NCBI GenBank assembly: GCA_963744995.1
Contig: CAVUWA010000002.1
Location: forward strand, 768,001 to 832,000
Length of the DNA stretch: 64,000 nt
Reading direction: 5' to 3'
Source of the DNA: Candidatus Eiseniibacteriota bacterium
GTDB lineage: Bacteria > Eisenbacteria > RBG-16-71-46
The position numbers and the translations under genes were made by a program. The notes beneath the pieces are model-generated. The model worked only from the letters and a program-made list of their open reading frames with translations. It was not told the DNA's origin and searched no databases. This document shows positions 8,672-17,710 of the stretch, one piece after another (position 1 is the stretch's first letter; every line of letters begins with the position of its first letter).

Positions 8672-9334
8672 ATGCGTTCGAGCCCTCGAACTCCTCCATC
8701 CCTTTCGGCAGCGGCCTCGCTTGCGGTGCTGCTGCTGATCCCTGCGGTGCCCCGCGCGGCAGTCGCGGAGCCCGCGCGGGCCGAGCCCCGGCTGCGAATC
8801 GCCACCACGGGTGTCGTGCACGCCGGCGACGTGATCGAGATCGCTTTCGAGGGCGACGTCGAAGAGGTGCGTGAGTTCGAGATCCTGATGTCGCTCGACG
8901 GCGGGCATCACTACAAGATGCAGATCACGCCCGAGCTGAACGCGTACACGCCGCGCTTTTTCTGGCGCGTGCCCGACGTCGAATGCCCGGAGCTGCGCCT
9001 CAAGCTCCGCTACCACCGCGATGGGCGCGAGCGTGAGGCTTCGACCGATGCGGCGCTGCACGTGATCGCGCGCGGGGACGATCCGGCCACCTGGCGCACC
9101 GTGCCCCTGGCCGCCGATGCCGGCGAGACGCCGCGGCCCCTGCGTCGCGGCGAATCGAATCCCGGTGGTCCACAGGGCGCGGGCGCCGATCGCGAGAGGG
9201 CCGTCGCCGAGCCCACCCCGCGGTCGGACGGTGTCCCGGTCGCGCGCCCCGCGACGCCGGCGCTGCGGGCCGACGCCTTCCGCCGTCCCGCACGCGTCCG
9301 CGCGACGCCGCTCTACACGCCGCCGCGGAATTGA
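8672..9334 (+). CDS. Hypothetical exported protein: signal peptide, beta-sandwich domain, disordered linker, Pro-rich C-terminus
   Basis: MRSSPRTPP...LAVLLLIPAVPRAAVA signal; beta-rich core (FEILMSLDGGHHY...RFFWRVPD...LRLKLRY); ends RATPLYTPPRN. Confidence 0.75.
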   Translation: MRSSPRTPPSLSAAASLAVLLLIPAVPRAAVAEPARAEPRLRIATTGVVHAGDVIEIAFEGDVEEVREFEILMSLDGGHHYKMQITPELNAYTPRFFWRVPDVECPELRLKLRYHRDGREREASTDAALHVIARGDDPATWRTVPLAADAGETPRPLRRGESNPGGPQGAGADRERAVAEPTPRSDGVPVARPATPALRADAFRRPARVRATPLYTPPRN

Positions 9335-9450
9335 TCCCCGCTTCCAGCGGAGTCGCCCCTTCCATCTGACTCGTCGTGCCCGCCGCGGCGGGGCGCGTGC
9401 ATGCGCCCGGCCGCCGCGAGCGCATGCATTCGACCGAAAGGAACGGAATC

Positions 9451-11604
9451 TTGAACGTCATGATCCCGTCTCACCCGCTCGGGCGGGCGCTCGCATGCCT
9501 TGCCCTGACCTTCGCCCTCGCGGGCCCGCCGTCGCCGGCCCGGGCCGCCGATGCGCCGCCCGACACCATGGTCGTCCAGCATCCCGAGGTCGTCGTCTCG
9601 GCGACACGCACGCCGCGCAAGCAGGTGGACCTGCCGAACGCGACGGCAGTGGTCACCGGGGCGGAGCTCCGGCGGCGCGGCGTGCGCACGCTCGCCGAGG
9701 CGCTGCAGGGCGTCGCCGGCCTCGACACCGGCGAGGGCTCGGACAACGGCGGCCGTCTGCCCAACGTCGGCATGTGGGGCCTCAAGGAATTCGACGCGCT
9801 GCTGTTCACCCTCAACGGCGTGCCGGTCGGCGGTCCTTTCAACCCGTCGCTCGCGCAGATCCCGATCGAGGACATCGAGCGCATCGAGGTGCTCAAGGGA
9901 CCGCAGGGCACGATGTACGGGGTTTCGGCTTTCGCCGGAATGATCTCGGTTTACACACGGCAGCCGGCATCGGGCGGCGAGATCGCCGCGGGCGGCGGCT
10001 CGTTCGAACAGGGCGGCGGCCACTTCAACTGGGGCAGGTCGCTGCCCGACGGGCAGCGCGTGAGCGCGAACGGATCCTTCTACCGGACCGGCGGCTGGCA
10101 GGATCGCACCGAAGGCGAGTCGTTCCGCGGCGGCCTCACCTATGGGTTCGATCTCGGCGAGGGCCGCATGACGCTGGACCTCATGGGCGTGAATGACGAG
10201 CAGGACTGGGGCTCGCCGCTGCCGTACGAGGACGGTGTTCTGCTGAAGGGCTTCAGGATCGACCGCAACTACGCGGTCGGCGGCGCCGAGGTCAAGCATC
10301 GTGTGTTCGGCGCGACGTCGCGGCTCACCTGGCCGGTGGGCGCTGCGCATCGCTTCGAGAACACGCTCGGCTGGACGAGCGACAGGCAGGATTACCTGCG
10401 CAGCTTCCCGGGCGAGGTCATGGGCGGCGACACCCTGGAGTCCACGGCGCTCGAGTTGGAGCCCACCGAGAGCTCGCTCTACGAAGACGCGCGCTTCCTC
10501 GCAAACTTCGAGGCCGGCGGGCGCCACGAGCTGGTGACGGGGGCCTCGCTCACCTGGGGCGAGACGAAGGGCGACGGTCGCGAGTTCGAGTTCGACCAGC
10601 TGCTGTCGGCATATCCGATGATCCCGTCGGCTGCTCGAATCGCGGGCGGCGACGATCGCGAATTCGAGGACCGGCGCACGTTCTTCGGCCTCTATGCCCA
10701 TGATGCATGGACGCCGCACGAGCGGCTGACGCTCGAGGGAGGCCTGCGCTTCGACGCGGTGCGCGAAGAGCTCGAGACCGAAGCGGATCTGGCGGGCGGG
10801 CCCGTGCCGGTCCGCGACGAGCGCGAGGACTCGGACGTCTCGGGTGACGTGTCGGCGCTCGTGCGCCTGCTGCCGAAGGCAGGTGTGAAGGACGTGCAGA
10901 CGGTGAACCTGTACGGCTCGGTGCGACGCGCGTTCAAGCCGGCGGCGCCGAATCTCGCCGAGGCCGAGGCCGCGGAGATTCTCGAGCCCGAGCATACGAC
11001 TTCGTGGGAAGTCGGCATGAAGACACGTGCGTTCCGACAGGTGGCGCTCGATCTGTCGTATTTCGACATGACGTTCGAGAACGTAGTCGTGTCGATCCTC
11101 GGCGCCGGCGGCGGGCCCGAGCTCACCAACGCGGGCAAGGAGCGTTTCAAGGGCTTCGAAGCTTCGCTGCACTGGGCGCCGGCGATGCTGTCCGGCAGCT
11201 CGATCGACGTCGGCTACGCCCACCACGACGCGCGCTTCGTGGACTTCACGTTCGTGACCCCCGACAGCGTGCTGCGCGACGTGGGCGGCAACCGGCTCGA
11301 GCTGGTGCCGCGCGAGATGGTGAACGTGCGGATCAACGGACGCTCGCCGCTGGGCCTCGGCGCGTGGGCGGCGTTGCGCTACCAGGGGGAGCGGCCGTTC
11401 AACCGGCGCAACACGTTCTTCGCCGACGCGTTCACCGAGTGGGACGCGGGCGCATCGTACGAGCGCGGCGCGTGGCGGGTGGCGGTCACCGGTCGCAACC
11501 TCGGCGACGACCGTCACGTCGTCACCGAGAGCGAGATCGGCGATTCGCAGTTCTACGTCGCGCCGCCCAGGCGGGTGACGGGGGAGGTCGCGTGGCGATT
11601 CTAG
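9451..11604 (+). CDS. TonB-dependent outer membrane receptor
   Basis: Signal peptide, TonB-box-like EVVVSATR, plug motif IERIEVLKGPQGTMYG, beta-barrel strands, C-terminal EVAWRF. Start is TTG 9451 (AAAGGA upstream) or ATG 9460. Confidence 0.95.
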   Translation: MNVMIPSHPLGRALACLALTFALAGPPSPARAADAPPDTMVVQHPEVVVSATRTPRKQVDLPNATAVVTGAELRRRGVRTLAEALQGVAGLDTGEGSDNGGRLPNVGMWGLKEFDALLFTLNGVPVGGPFNPSLAQIPIEDIERIEVLKGPQGTMYGVSAFAGMISVYTRQPASGGEIAAGGGSFEQGGGHFNWGRSLPDGQRVSANGSFYRTGGWQDRTEGESFRGGLTYGFDLGEGRMTLDLMGVNDEQDWGSPLPYEDGVLLKGFRIDRNYAVGGAEVKHRVFGATSRLTWPVGAAHRFENTLGWTSDRQDYLRSFPGEVMGGDTLESTALELEPTESSLYEDARFLANFEAGGRHELVTGASLTWGETKGDGREFEFDQLLSAYPMIPSAARIAGGDDREFEDRRTFFGLYAHDAWTPHERLTLEGGLRFDAVREELETEADLAGGPVPVRDEREDSDVSGDVSALVRLLPKAGVKDVQTVNLYGSVRRAFKPAAPNLAEAEAAEILEPEHTTSWEVGMKTRAFRQVALDLSYFDMTFENVVVSILGAGGGPELTNAGKERFKGFEASLHWAPAMLSGSSIDVGYAHHDARFVDFTFVTPDSVLRDVGGNRLELVPREMVNVRINGRSPLGLGAWAALRYQGERPFNRRNTFFADAFTEWDAGASYERGAWRVAVTGRNLGDDRHVVTESEIGDSQFYVAPPRRVTGEVAWRF

Positions 11605-11754
11605 GGTGAAGCGTCGCGGCGCGGAGTGAAGTCCGACCCCGCGCCGCCGGCAGCGTTCTGCGGGCGAGCACGGCCGCGTTTCGGCCGGCGCCAGCGCCAC
11701 CGGCGGTCTGCGGGTCGCGTTTGCGCTGACCCGCAAATCCGCTACCTTCGCGCG

Positions 11755-14469
11755 ATGCCGCTCGATCCGGGAACACGGCTGGGCCCCTACGAGATCCTCG
11801 CGCCGCTCGGGCAGGGCGGTATGGGCGAGGTCTATCGCGCCCGTGATTCGCGCCTCGGCCGCGAAGTCGCCATCAAGGTGCTGCCGCACCACCTGTCGGC
11901 GAATCCCGAGATCCGCTCGCGCTTCGAGCGCGAGGCGAAGACCATCTCGAGCCTGAATCACCCGAACATCTGCGTGCTGTTCGACGTCGGCCGCGAGGGC
12001 GAGACCGACTATCTGGTGATGGAGCTGGTCGAGGGCGAGACGCTGGCGCAGCGCCTCGCGCACGGCCCGCTGTCGAGCCAGGACGTGCTGCGCATCGGCA
12101 CGCAGATCGCCGACGCGCTCGACCGCGCGCACCGCGCGGGTGTGATCCACCGCGACTTGAAGCCCGGCAACGTGATGCTCACCAAGAGTGGCGCGAAGCT
12201 CATGGACTTCGGCCTCGCGCGCGTGACCGGCCTCGCGCCGGGCGGCGGCTCGGGCGCGTCGGGCGCCGCGCTGTCGCAGTCGCCCACGATCGCGCAGGCG
12301 CTCACCGCCGAGGGCTCGCTGCTCGGCACGTTCCAGTACATGTCGCCCGAGCAGCTCGAGGGCCGCGAGGCCGACGCGCGCAGCGACATCTGGGCGCTGG
12401 GCTGCGTGCTGTACGAGATGGTCACCGGCCGCCGCGCATTCGAGGGCAGGAGTCAGGCGAGTCTGATCGCCGCGATCCTCGAGCGCGAGCCCGCGCCGGT
12501 GGGCGAGGCGCCGTCGGGCTCGGTGAGCACGGCCGGCGCGCCGCCGCACGGCATCGAGCGCCTGATCCGCAACTGCCTCGCCAAGGACCCCGAGGAACGC
12601 GTGCAGACCGCGCACGACGTGAAGCTGCAGCTGCAGGGGATCGCCGAGGGCGCGGGCATGGCGCCGACGAGCACGGCTTCAGTGCCGGGGCCGGGCGCCG
12701 CTGGTATGCCGATGCACCGCCGCGGCGGCTCGAAGCTCGCGTGGAGCATCGCGGCGGTGGGGCTCCTCGCAGCGGCTGGCATGTTCGCGTGGCTGTATCC
12801 GAAAACCACGGGCAGCTCGCAGTCGGTCCGTTTCCGCGTGCAACCGCCACCCGGCACGTCCGACGCCTACTGGCCGCGCATCTCCCCCGATGGGAAGTTC
12901 TTCATGGTGATCGGCGTGGACAGCGCAGGGGCTCCGCGCGCCTACGTGCGTCCGATGAACCAGCTCGATTTCCACGCGATTCCCGGCACCGAGGGCGTGC
13001 GACGGGCCTACTGGTCGCCGGACGGGCGGGAGATCGCGTTCGTCACGGGAGACAAGATCCAGCGCGTATCGATCGCCGGCGGATCGCCCGTCGTGGTCTG
13101 CGCTGCGCCGGGCGGGGCCGATCTGAGCTGGGGATCGAAGGGGCAGATTTTGATGGACGGCCAGGTCACGGACTCGCTGCGCGTCGTTCCCGCAGGCGGC
13201 GGCGAACTGCAGCCGGCTGCGCGCATCGATCGAGCGGCGGGCGATGTGGGCAATGCCTGGCCATGTTTCCTGCCCGACGGCGAGCACTTCCTGTTCACCG
13301 GTAACCGGCAGGGCTCGCTGTCAGGGTCCATTCGCCTCGGCAAGCTGGGATCGCTCGATTCGAAGCTCCTGGGCGAATCTGACGGCCGTGTCGAATACGC
13401 GCCGGGTGGCTGGGTGTTGTTCGTGCGGGGTACGACGCTGCTGGCGCAGAAGCTGGACCTGAAGGCCGGCAGACTCACCGGGCAGCCGATCACGATCAGT
13501 GACGAGCTGCGGGTGGGCTCGTCCCAGGGTCACTTCTCGGTTTCGCAGACGGGTGTGCTGGCGTTCTCCCCCTCGGGCACCGGGCAGAACCACTCCATCC
13601 ACGAGGCCGATCGATCCGGAACGCTCGGTCCGCCCCTGGTGTCGGGATTCGTGGTCAGCCCGCAACTCTCGCCGGACGGCCGGCGGCTGCTGTACGCGCG
13701 TGTCCCCAATTCCGGCTCGGATGGCGGCGAGATCTACGTGTTCGATCTGGAGCGACACACCGACACGCGTCTGACGTTCACGGGGGACAGTGCCGTGTCC
13801 GCGGTGTGGTCGCCCGATGGCCGGCGTTTCGCCTACATCGTTCATGGCGGGGGAGGGCAGACGGTTCGCATCGCCTCGGCGGACGGGCTGGGCGGACAGG
13901 ATTCCATTTCGATCGCCGCACAGGCAAGCGCGTACCCGGCGCAGTGGGTGAAACAAGGATCGCGGCTCGTGTTCTTCGACCTCGCCGGGCACGTCTTTGC
14001 GGTGACCACCGAGCCCGGTTCGCGTGCGCTGCAGGCCGTCGGCGATACGACGCGGCCGATGTTCCTGCCGCGGATCTCGCCCGACGGGCGCTGGCTGGCC
14101 GGCGCCATCGGACGACCCCAGACCGTGCAGATCTACGTGCAGAGCCTCGAGGGGCCGCGCGGGCAGTGGCAGATCTCGACGTCGCCCGCGTTCTGGTCGC
14201 GCTGGACGCGGGGCGGCCACGAGTTGCTGTTCGAGTCCACGGACGATCATCTGATGGCGGCGGACATCGATACACAGAACGGATTCCACGCCGGCACACC
14301 TCGCGAGCTGTTCAAGCTGCCCATGAGCACGTTCGGACCGGGTCAGTGGAGCTGGTCCTGCGACGACAGCGGCGAACGGTTCTTCCTCGTGGCACGGCCG
14401 CCCACCGAGCCCGACGCAGGTGCGATCGAAGTGGTGACCGCCTTCGAGAACCTGGTGAGCCGGAAGTAG
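11755..14469 (+). CDS. Hanks-type Ser/Thr kinase with TM helix and TolB/PD40-like beta-propeller
   Basis: LGQGGMGEVY, VAIKVL, HRDLKPGNVML, DFGLA, GTFQYMSPEQ; TM AWSIAAVGLLAAAGMFAWLY; repeated SPDG motifs. Confidence 0.95.
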   Translation: MPLDPGTRLGPYEILAPLGQGGMGEVYRARDSRLGREVAIKVLPHHLSANPEIRSRFEREAKTISSLNHPNICVLFDVGREGETDYLVMELVEGETLAQRLAHGPLSSQDVLRIGTQIADALDRAHRAGVIHRDLKPGNVMLTKSGAKLMDFGLARVTGLAPGGGSGASGAALSQSPTIAQALTAEGSLLGTFQYMSPEQLEGREADARSDIWALGCVLYEMVTGRRAFEGRSQASLIAAILEREPAPVGEAPSGSVSTAGAPPHGIERLIRNCLAKDPEERVQTAHDVKLQLQGIAEGAGMAPTSTASVPGPGAAGMPMHRRGGSKLAWSIAAVGLLAAAGMFAWLYPKTTGSSQSVRFRVQPPPGTSDAYWPRISPDGKFFMVIGVDSAGAPRAYVRPMNQLDFHAIPGTEGVRRAYWSPDGREIAFVTGDKIQRVSIAGGSPVVVCAAPGGADLSWGSKGQILMDGQVTDSLRVVPAGGGELQPAARIDRAAGDVGNAWPCFLPDGEHFLFTGNRQGSLSGSIRLGKLGSLDSKLLGESDGRVEYAPGGWVLFVRGTTLLAQKLDLKAGRLTGQPITISDELRVGSSQGHFSVSQTGVLAFSPSGTGQNHSIHEADRSGTLGPPLVSGFVVSPQLSPDGRRLLYARVPNSGSDGGEIYVFDLERHTDTRLTFTGDSAVSAVWSPDGRRFAYIVHGGGGQTVRIASADGLGGQDSISIAAQASAYPAQWVKQGSRLVFFDLAGHVFAVTTEPGSRALQAVGDTTRPMFLPRISPDGRWLAGAIGRPQTVQIYVQSLEGPRGQWQISTSPAFWSRWTRGGHELLFESTDDHLMAADIDTQNGFHAGTPRELFKLPMSTFGPGQWSWSCDDSGERFFLVARPPTEPDAGAIEVVTAFENLVSRK

Positions 14470-14472
14470 CGC

Positions 14473-16875
14473 GTGATGCGGCCGGTGCGGACGCTGATCG
14501 CCGTCTTCATCCTGGCCGCCATGGCTGGGCCGGCCGCCGCACGCGACGATCGCCCCAACATCGTCTTCATCTTCTCCGACGACCACGGCGCGCAGGCGAT
14601 CTCGACGTACGGCTCGAAGCTCGTCCAGACGCCTGCCATCGACCGGCTCGCCGCCGAGGGCATGCGTTTCGACGACTGCTTCTGCGGCAACTCGATCTGT
14701 GCGCCGAGCCGGGCGACGATCCTGACGGGCCTCCACTCGCATCGCAGCGGCCACACCAGCAACGACCGTATCTTCGACAACCGCGCCGCCACGTTCCCGG
14801 AGCTACTGCACGACGCCGGCTACCAGACCGCCTTGATCGGCAAGTGGCACCTGGAAGCCGAGCCCGAAGGCTTCGACTTCTGGGACGTGCTGATCAAACA
14901 GGGCGTCTACTACAACCCGGACATGATCCGGAACGGCCAGTTCCACCGCACGCACGGCTACGCGACCGACCTCATTACCGACGAGTCGATCGAGTGGCTC
15001 GAGCACCGCGATCCGGACCGCCCGTTCCTGCTCCTGTCGCAGCACAAGGCGCCGCACCGCTCGTGGGAGCCGCCGCTCCGGAACCTCGACCTGTTCGCGG
15101 ATTCGACCATTCCCGAGCCGCCCACGCTGTTCGACGACTGGTCGCACCGTTCATCCGCACATACGTATGCGCACATGTCGATCGCGCGCGACCTGTGGCC
15201 GGGCGATCTGCACCTGGAAGAGATTCCGGACATGTTCACCCCGGGACAGCGCGCCGCGTGGGACTCGGCGTACACGCCGCGCAACCGGGCGTTCCGCGCG
15301 GCCCACCTCGAGGGCGATGCGCTCACGCGCTGGAAGTACCAGCGCTACGCGAAGGACTACCTGCGCTGCGTCGCGGCGCTCGACGAGGACATCGGCCGGC
15401 TGCTCGCCTACCTCGATGCCACCGGGCTCGCGCGCAACACGATCGTGATCTACAGCTCGGATCAGGGCTGGTTCCTCGGCGAGCACGGCATGTTCGACAA
15501 GCGCTGGATGTACGAGGAGTCGTTCCGGATGCCGTTGATCGTGCGCTGGCCGGGAGTCGTCCGCCCCGGTGCGGTGAACACCGACCTCGTACAGAACATC
15601 GACTTCGCCCCGACGCTGCTCGAGGCGGCGGGCGTCCCCGTGCCGCCGGCGATGCAGGGGGTGAGCCTCGTGCCGCTGCTCGAAGGCCGGCACCCCGCCG
15701 AGTGGCGCACGTCGCTCTACTACCAGTTCTACGAGGACGGCGGCGCGCACCGCGTGCCGCGTCATTGCGGGGTGCGCACCCCGCGCTGGTCCTACCTGGA
15801 CTTCTACCGGATCCACGAGACCGAGCTGTTCGACGTGGACGCGGACCCGCACGAGCTGGTGAGCCTCGCGAACGACCCGGCGCACGCGGCGCTGCGCGAT
15901 TCGCTGGCGGGGGTGATGCGCCGCCTGCAGCTGATCTACGGCGTCACCACCGCCGCCGACACGGAGTACGACGACTTCGATCGCTACCAGCACCGGCGCT
16001 GGGCCCTGATCGACTCGATCGGCCGCATGCCGCCCTTCGGCGAGTTCACCGCGGAGACACTGGCGACGCGCACGCACGCCGATCACGACGAACTCTCGCT
16101 TCGCTACCGGATCGGCGGGCAGACCGTGCCGGCCGTGCTGTTCGTGCCGAAGGGCGGAGCGGGCCTCACGCCGGGCGTCGTGCTGATCCACTCGGGCCGC
16201 GCGGCGGGGCCGTTCAGGCAGGGTCTCGAGAGGGTCGCCGGCGGCGCCCGCGCCGCCGCGCTCGCGCTCTGCCGGCGCGGCTTCGCGGTGATCGCGCCCG
16301 ACCGTTTCGGCTACGGCGGCCGGCGCTTCGCGAGCGACGCCGAGGCCGCCCGCGGATTCGCCGCAGCCGAGCGCACGTATCGCGCCGAGGGCTCGTCGCT
16401 GCTCGCGCACGAGCTCGCCGAGCTGTGGTTCGCGCAGGCCTACCTCGCTCGCCTGAGCGGCGTGGAGTTCCTGCGCGTCGGCGCGATCGGCTTCGGCGAG
16501 GGCGGCGACCTGGCGCTGCTGCTCGCGGCCCTGGATCCCGAGGTGGCGGCGGCGGCCAGCGTCGGCGGGGCGGACTCGTTTGCCGCCGCGGCGTTCCGGC
16601 CCGCATCCGCTCTGGCGCGTCTCGATGAACCGCCCGTGCGCGCGTGGGGCGCGATGGCGGGCGTGATTCCCCTGGTCCAGCCGCGGCCGCTGCTGTGCGT
16701 GGGGGAGGGCCCGCGTCGCCCGGCGATGTTCGAAGAAGGTGAAGGCTGGTACCGGCTGCACGACATGTCCGCACGCCTCGCGTACGAACGTGCCGGCGGA
16801 CCCGGTGCGCCGGAGGCTTCTGCTGGTGCGGCGCGCGCGGCGGCGTGGCTCGACAGGTGGCTGATCGGACCCTGA
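14473..16875 (+). CDS. Exported formylglycine-dependent sulfatase fused to a C-terminal alpha/beta-hydrolase-fold domain
   Basis: Signal peptide, RPNIVFIFSDDHG, CAPSRATILTG (CxPxR), GKWHL, HKAPH, SDQGWFLGEHG.FDKRWMYEES; last ~280 aa resemble dienelactone-hydrolase-like folds (VPAVLFVP...GFAVIAPD...GFGEGG). Confidence 0.92.
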   Translation: MMRPVRTLIAVFILAAMAGPAAARDDRPNIVFIFSDDHGAQAISTYGSKLVQTPAIDRLAAEGMRFDDCFCGNSICAPSRATILTGLHSHRSGHTSNDRIFDNRAATFPELLHDAGYQTALIGKWHLEAEPEGFDFWDVLIKQGVYYNPDMIRNGQFHRTHGYATDLITDESIEWLEHRDPDRPFLLLSQHKAPHRSWEPPLRNLDLFADSTIPEPPTLFDDWSHRSSAHTYAHMSIARDLWPGDLHLEEIPDMFTPGQRAAWDSAYTPRNRAFRAAHLEGDALTRWKYQRYAKDYLRCVAALDEDIGRLLAYLDATGLARNTIVIYSSDQGWFLGEHGMFDKRWMYEESFRMPLIVRWPGVVRPGAVNTDLVQNIDFAPTLLEAAGVPVPPAMQGVSLVPLLEGRHPAEWRTSLYYQFYEDGGAHRVPRHCGVRTPRWSYLDFYRIHETELFDVDADPHELVSLANDPAHAALRDSLAGVMRRLQLIYGVTTAADTEYDDFDRYQHRRWALIDSIGRMPPFGEFTAETLATRTHADHDELSLRYRIGGQTVPAVLFVPKGGAGLTPGVVLIHSGRAAGPFRQGLERVAGGARAAALALCRRGFAVIAPDRFGYGGRRFASDAEAARGFAAAERTYRAEGSSLLAHELAELWFAQAYLARLSGVEFLRVGAIGFGEGGDLALLLAALDPEVAAAASVGGADSFAAAAFRPASALARLDEPPVRAWGAMAGVIPLVQPRPLLCVGEGPRRPAMFEEGEGWYRLHDMSARLAYERAGGPGAPEASAGAARAAAWLDRWLIGP

Positions 16876-16960
16876 CCCGCGTCGGTGCCGGCGTGTCACA
16901 CGGCCGGGCGCAGGGCGTATCATGCCGCGTGTCGGGATCGACCCGTGTTCGGAGAACCTC

Positions 16961-17710
16961 ATGCGCGTGATCCGCAAGCACCATGCGCTGGTGCGCTGGA
17001 CGCACTGGGCGAACGTGCCGCTGCTCGCGGGGCTGATCGTGAGCGGCCTCGCGATCTACTGGGCGGCGCCGGTGTTCATGTGGCGCAGCGCTGCCGATCC
17101 GCGCCTGCACGACGTCTTCCAGGATGCGGGTCGCGCCATTTCCGGCGTGCTGCATGCGAGCGGCGATCCGCGCTTCTGGATCTACGACCATCTGAGCCTC
17201 GGCCGCTACCAGCTCGCCAACGCACTCCGACTGCACTGGTTGCTCGCCTACCTGTTCATGCTGAACGGGGCGCTGTACGTGCTGGGGCTCGCGGCCGGTG
17301 GCGGCTGGCGCGCGCTGTGGCCCCGGCGTGCGGACGTGAAGGGCGCGCTCGCGATGATGCGCTTCTACCTCGGCGTGATCCCGATGGCGATCCTGCGCAG
17401 GCCGTGGCCGCATCCGCCCGTCACGTCCAAGTACAACGCGCTTCAGCGCGGCGCCTACTTCGCCGTCCCGCTGGCCGGCGCGCTCGCCGTGCTGTCGGGG
17501 TGGGCCATGCACAAGCCGGTCCAGCTCGGCTGGCTCGAGCGCCTGTTCGTGAACTACGACGGCGCGCGCATCGTGCACTTCCTGTGCATGATCGTGCTCG
17601 GCGGCTTCGTGATCCCGCACGTGATCCTGGTGATCGCCGACGGCTGGGACACGTTCCGCTCGATGGTGACCGGCTGGTCGTTGCGCCTGAAAGAGGAACG
17701 CCATGAGTGA
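16961..17710 (+). CDS. Di-heme cytochrome b (Ni-hydrogenase/thiosulfate reductase cytochrome b-like)
   Basis: HHALVRWTHWAN, LHWLLAY, KYNALQR, ARIVHF...FVIPHV with four TM helices. Confidence 0.9.
   Translation: MRVIRKHHALVRWTHWANVPLLAGLIVSGLAIYWAAPVFMWRSAADPRLHDVFQDAGRAISGVLHASGDPRFWIYDHLSLGRYQLANALRLHWLLAYLFMLNGALYVLGLAAGGGWRALWPRRADVKGALAMMRFYLGVIPMAILRRPWPHPPVTSKYNALQRGAYFAVPLAGALAVLSGWAMHKPVQLGWLERLFVNYDGARIVHFLCMIVLGGFVIPHVILVIADGWDTFRSMVTGWSLRLKEERHE

Noticed and set aside
9313..12615. 1100-aa minus-strand ORF, and similar long ORFs such as 13806-16628, 57646-60642 and 42798-44732
   Set aside because: Arg/Ala/His-rich translations without motifs, overlapping well-supported genes; expected from stop-codon scarcity at high GC.
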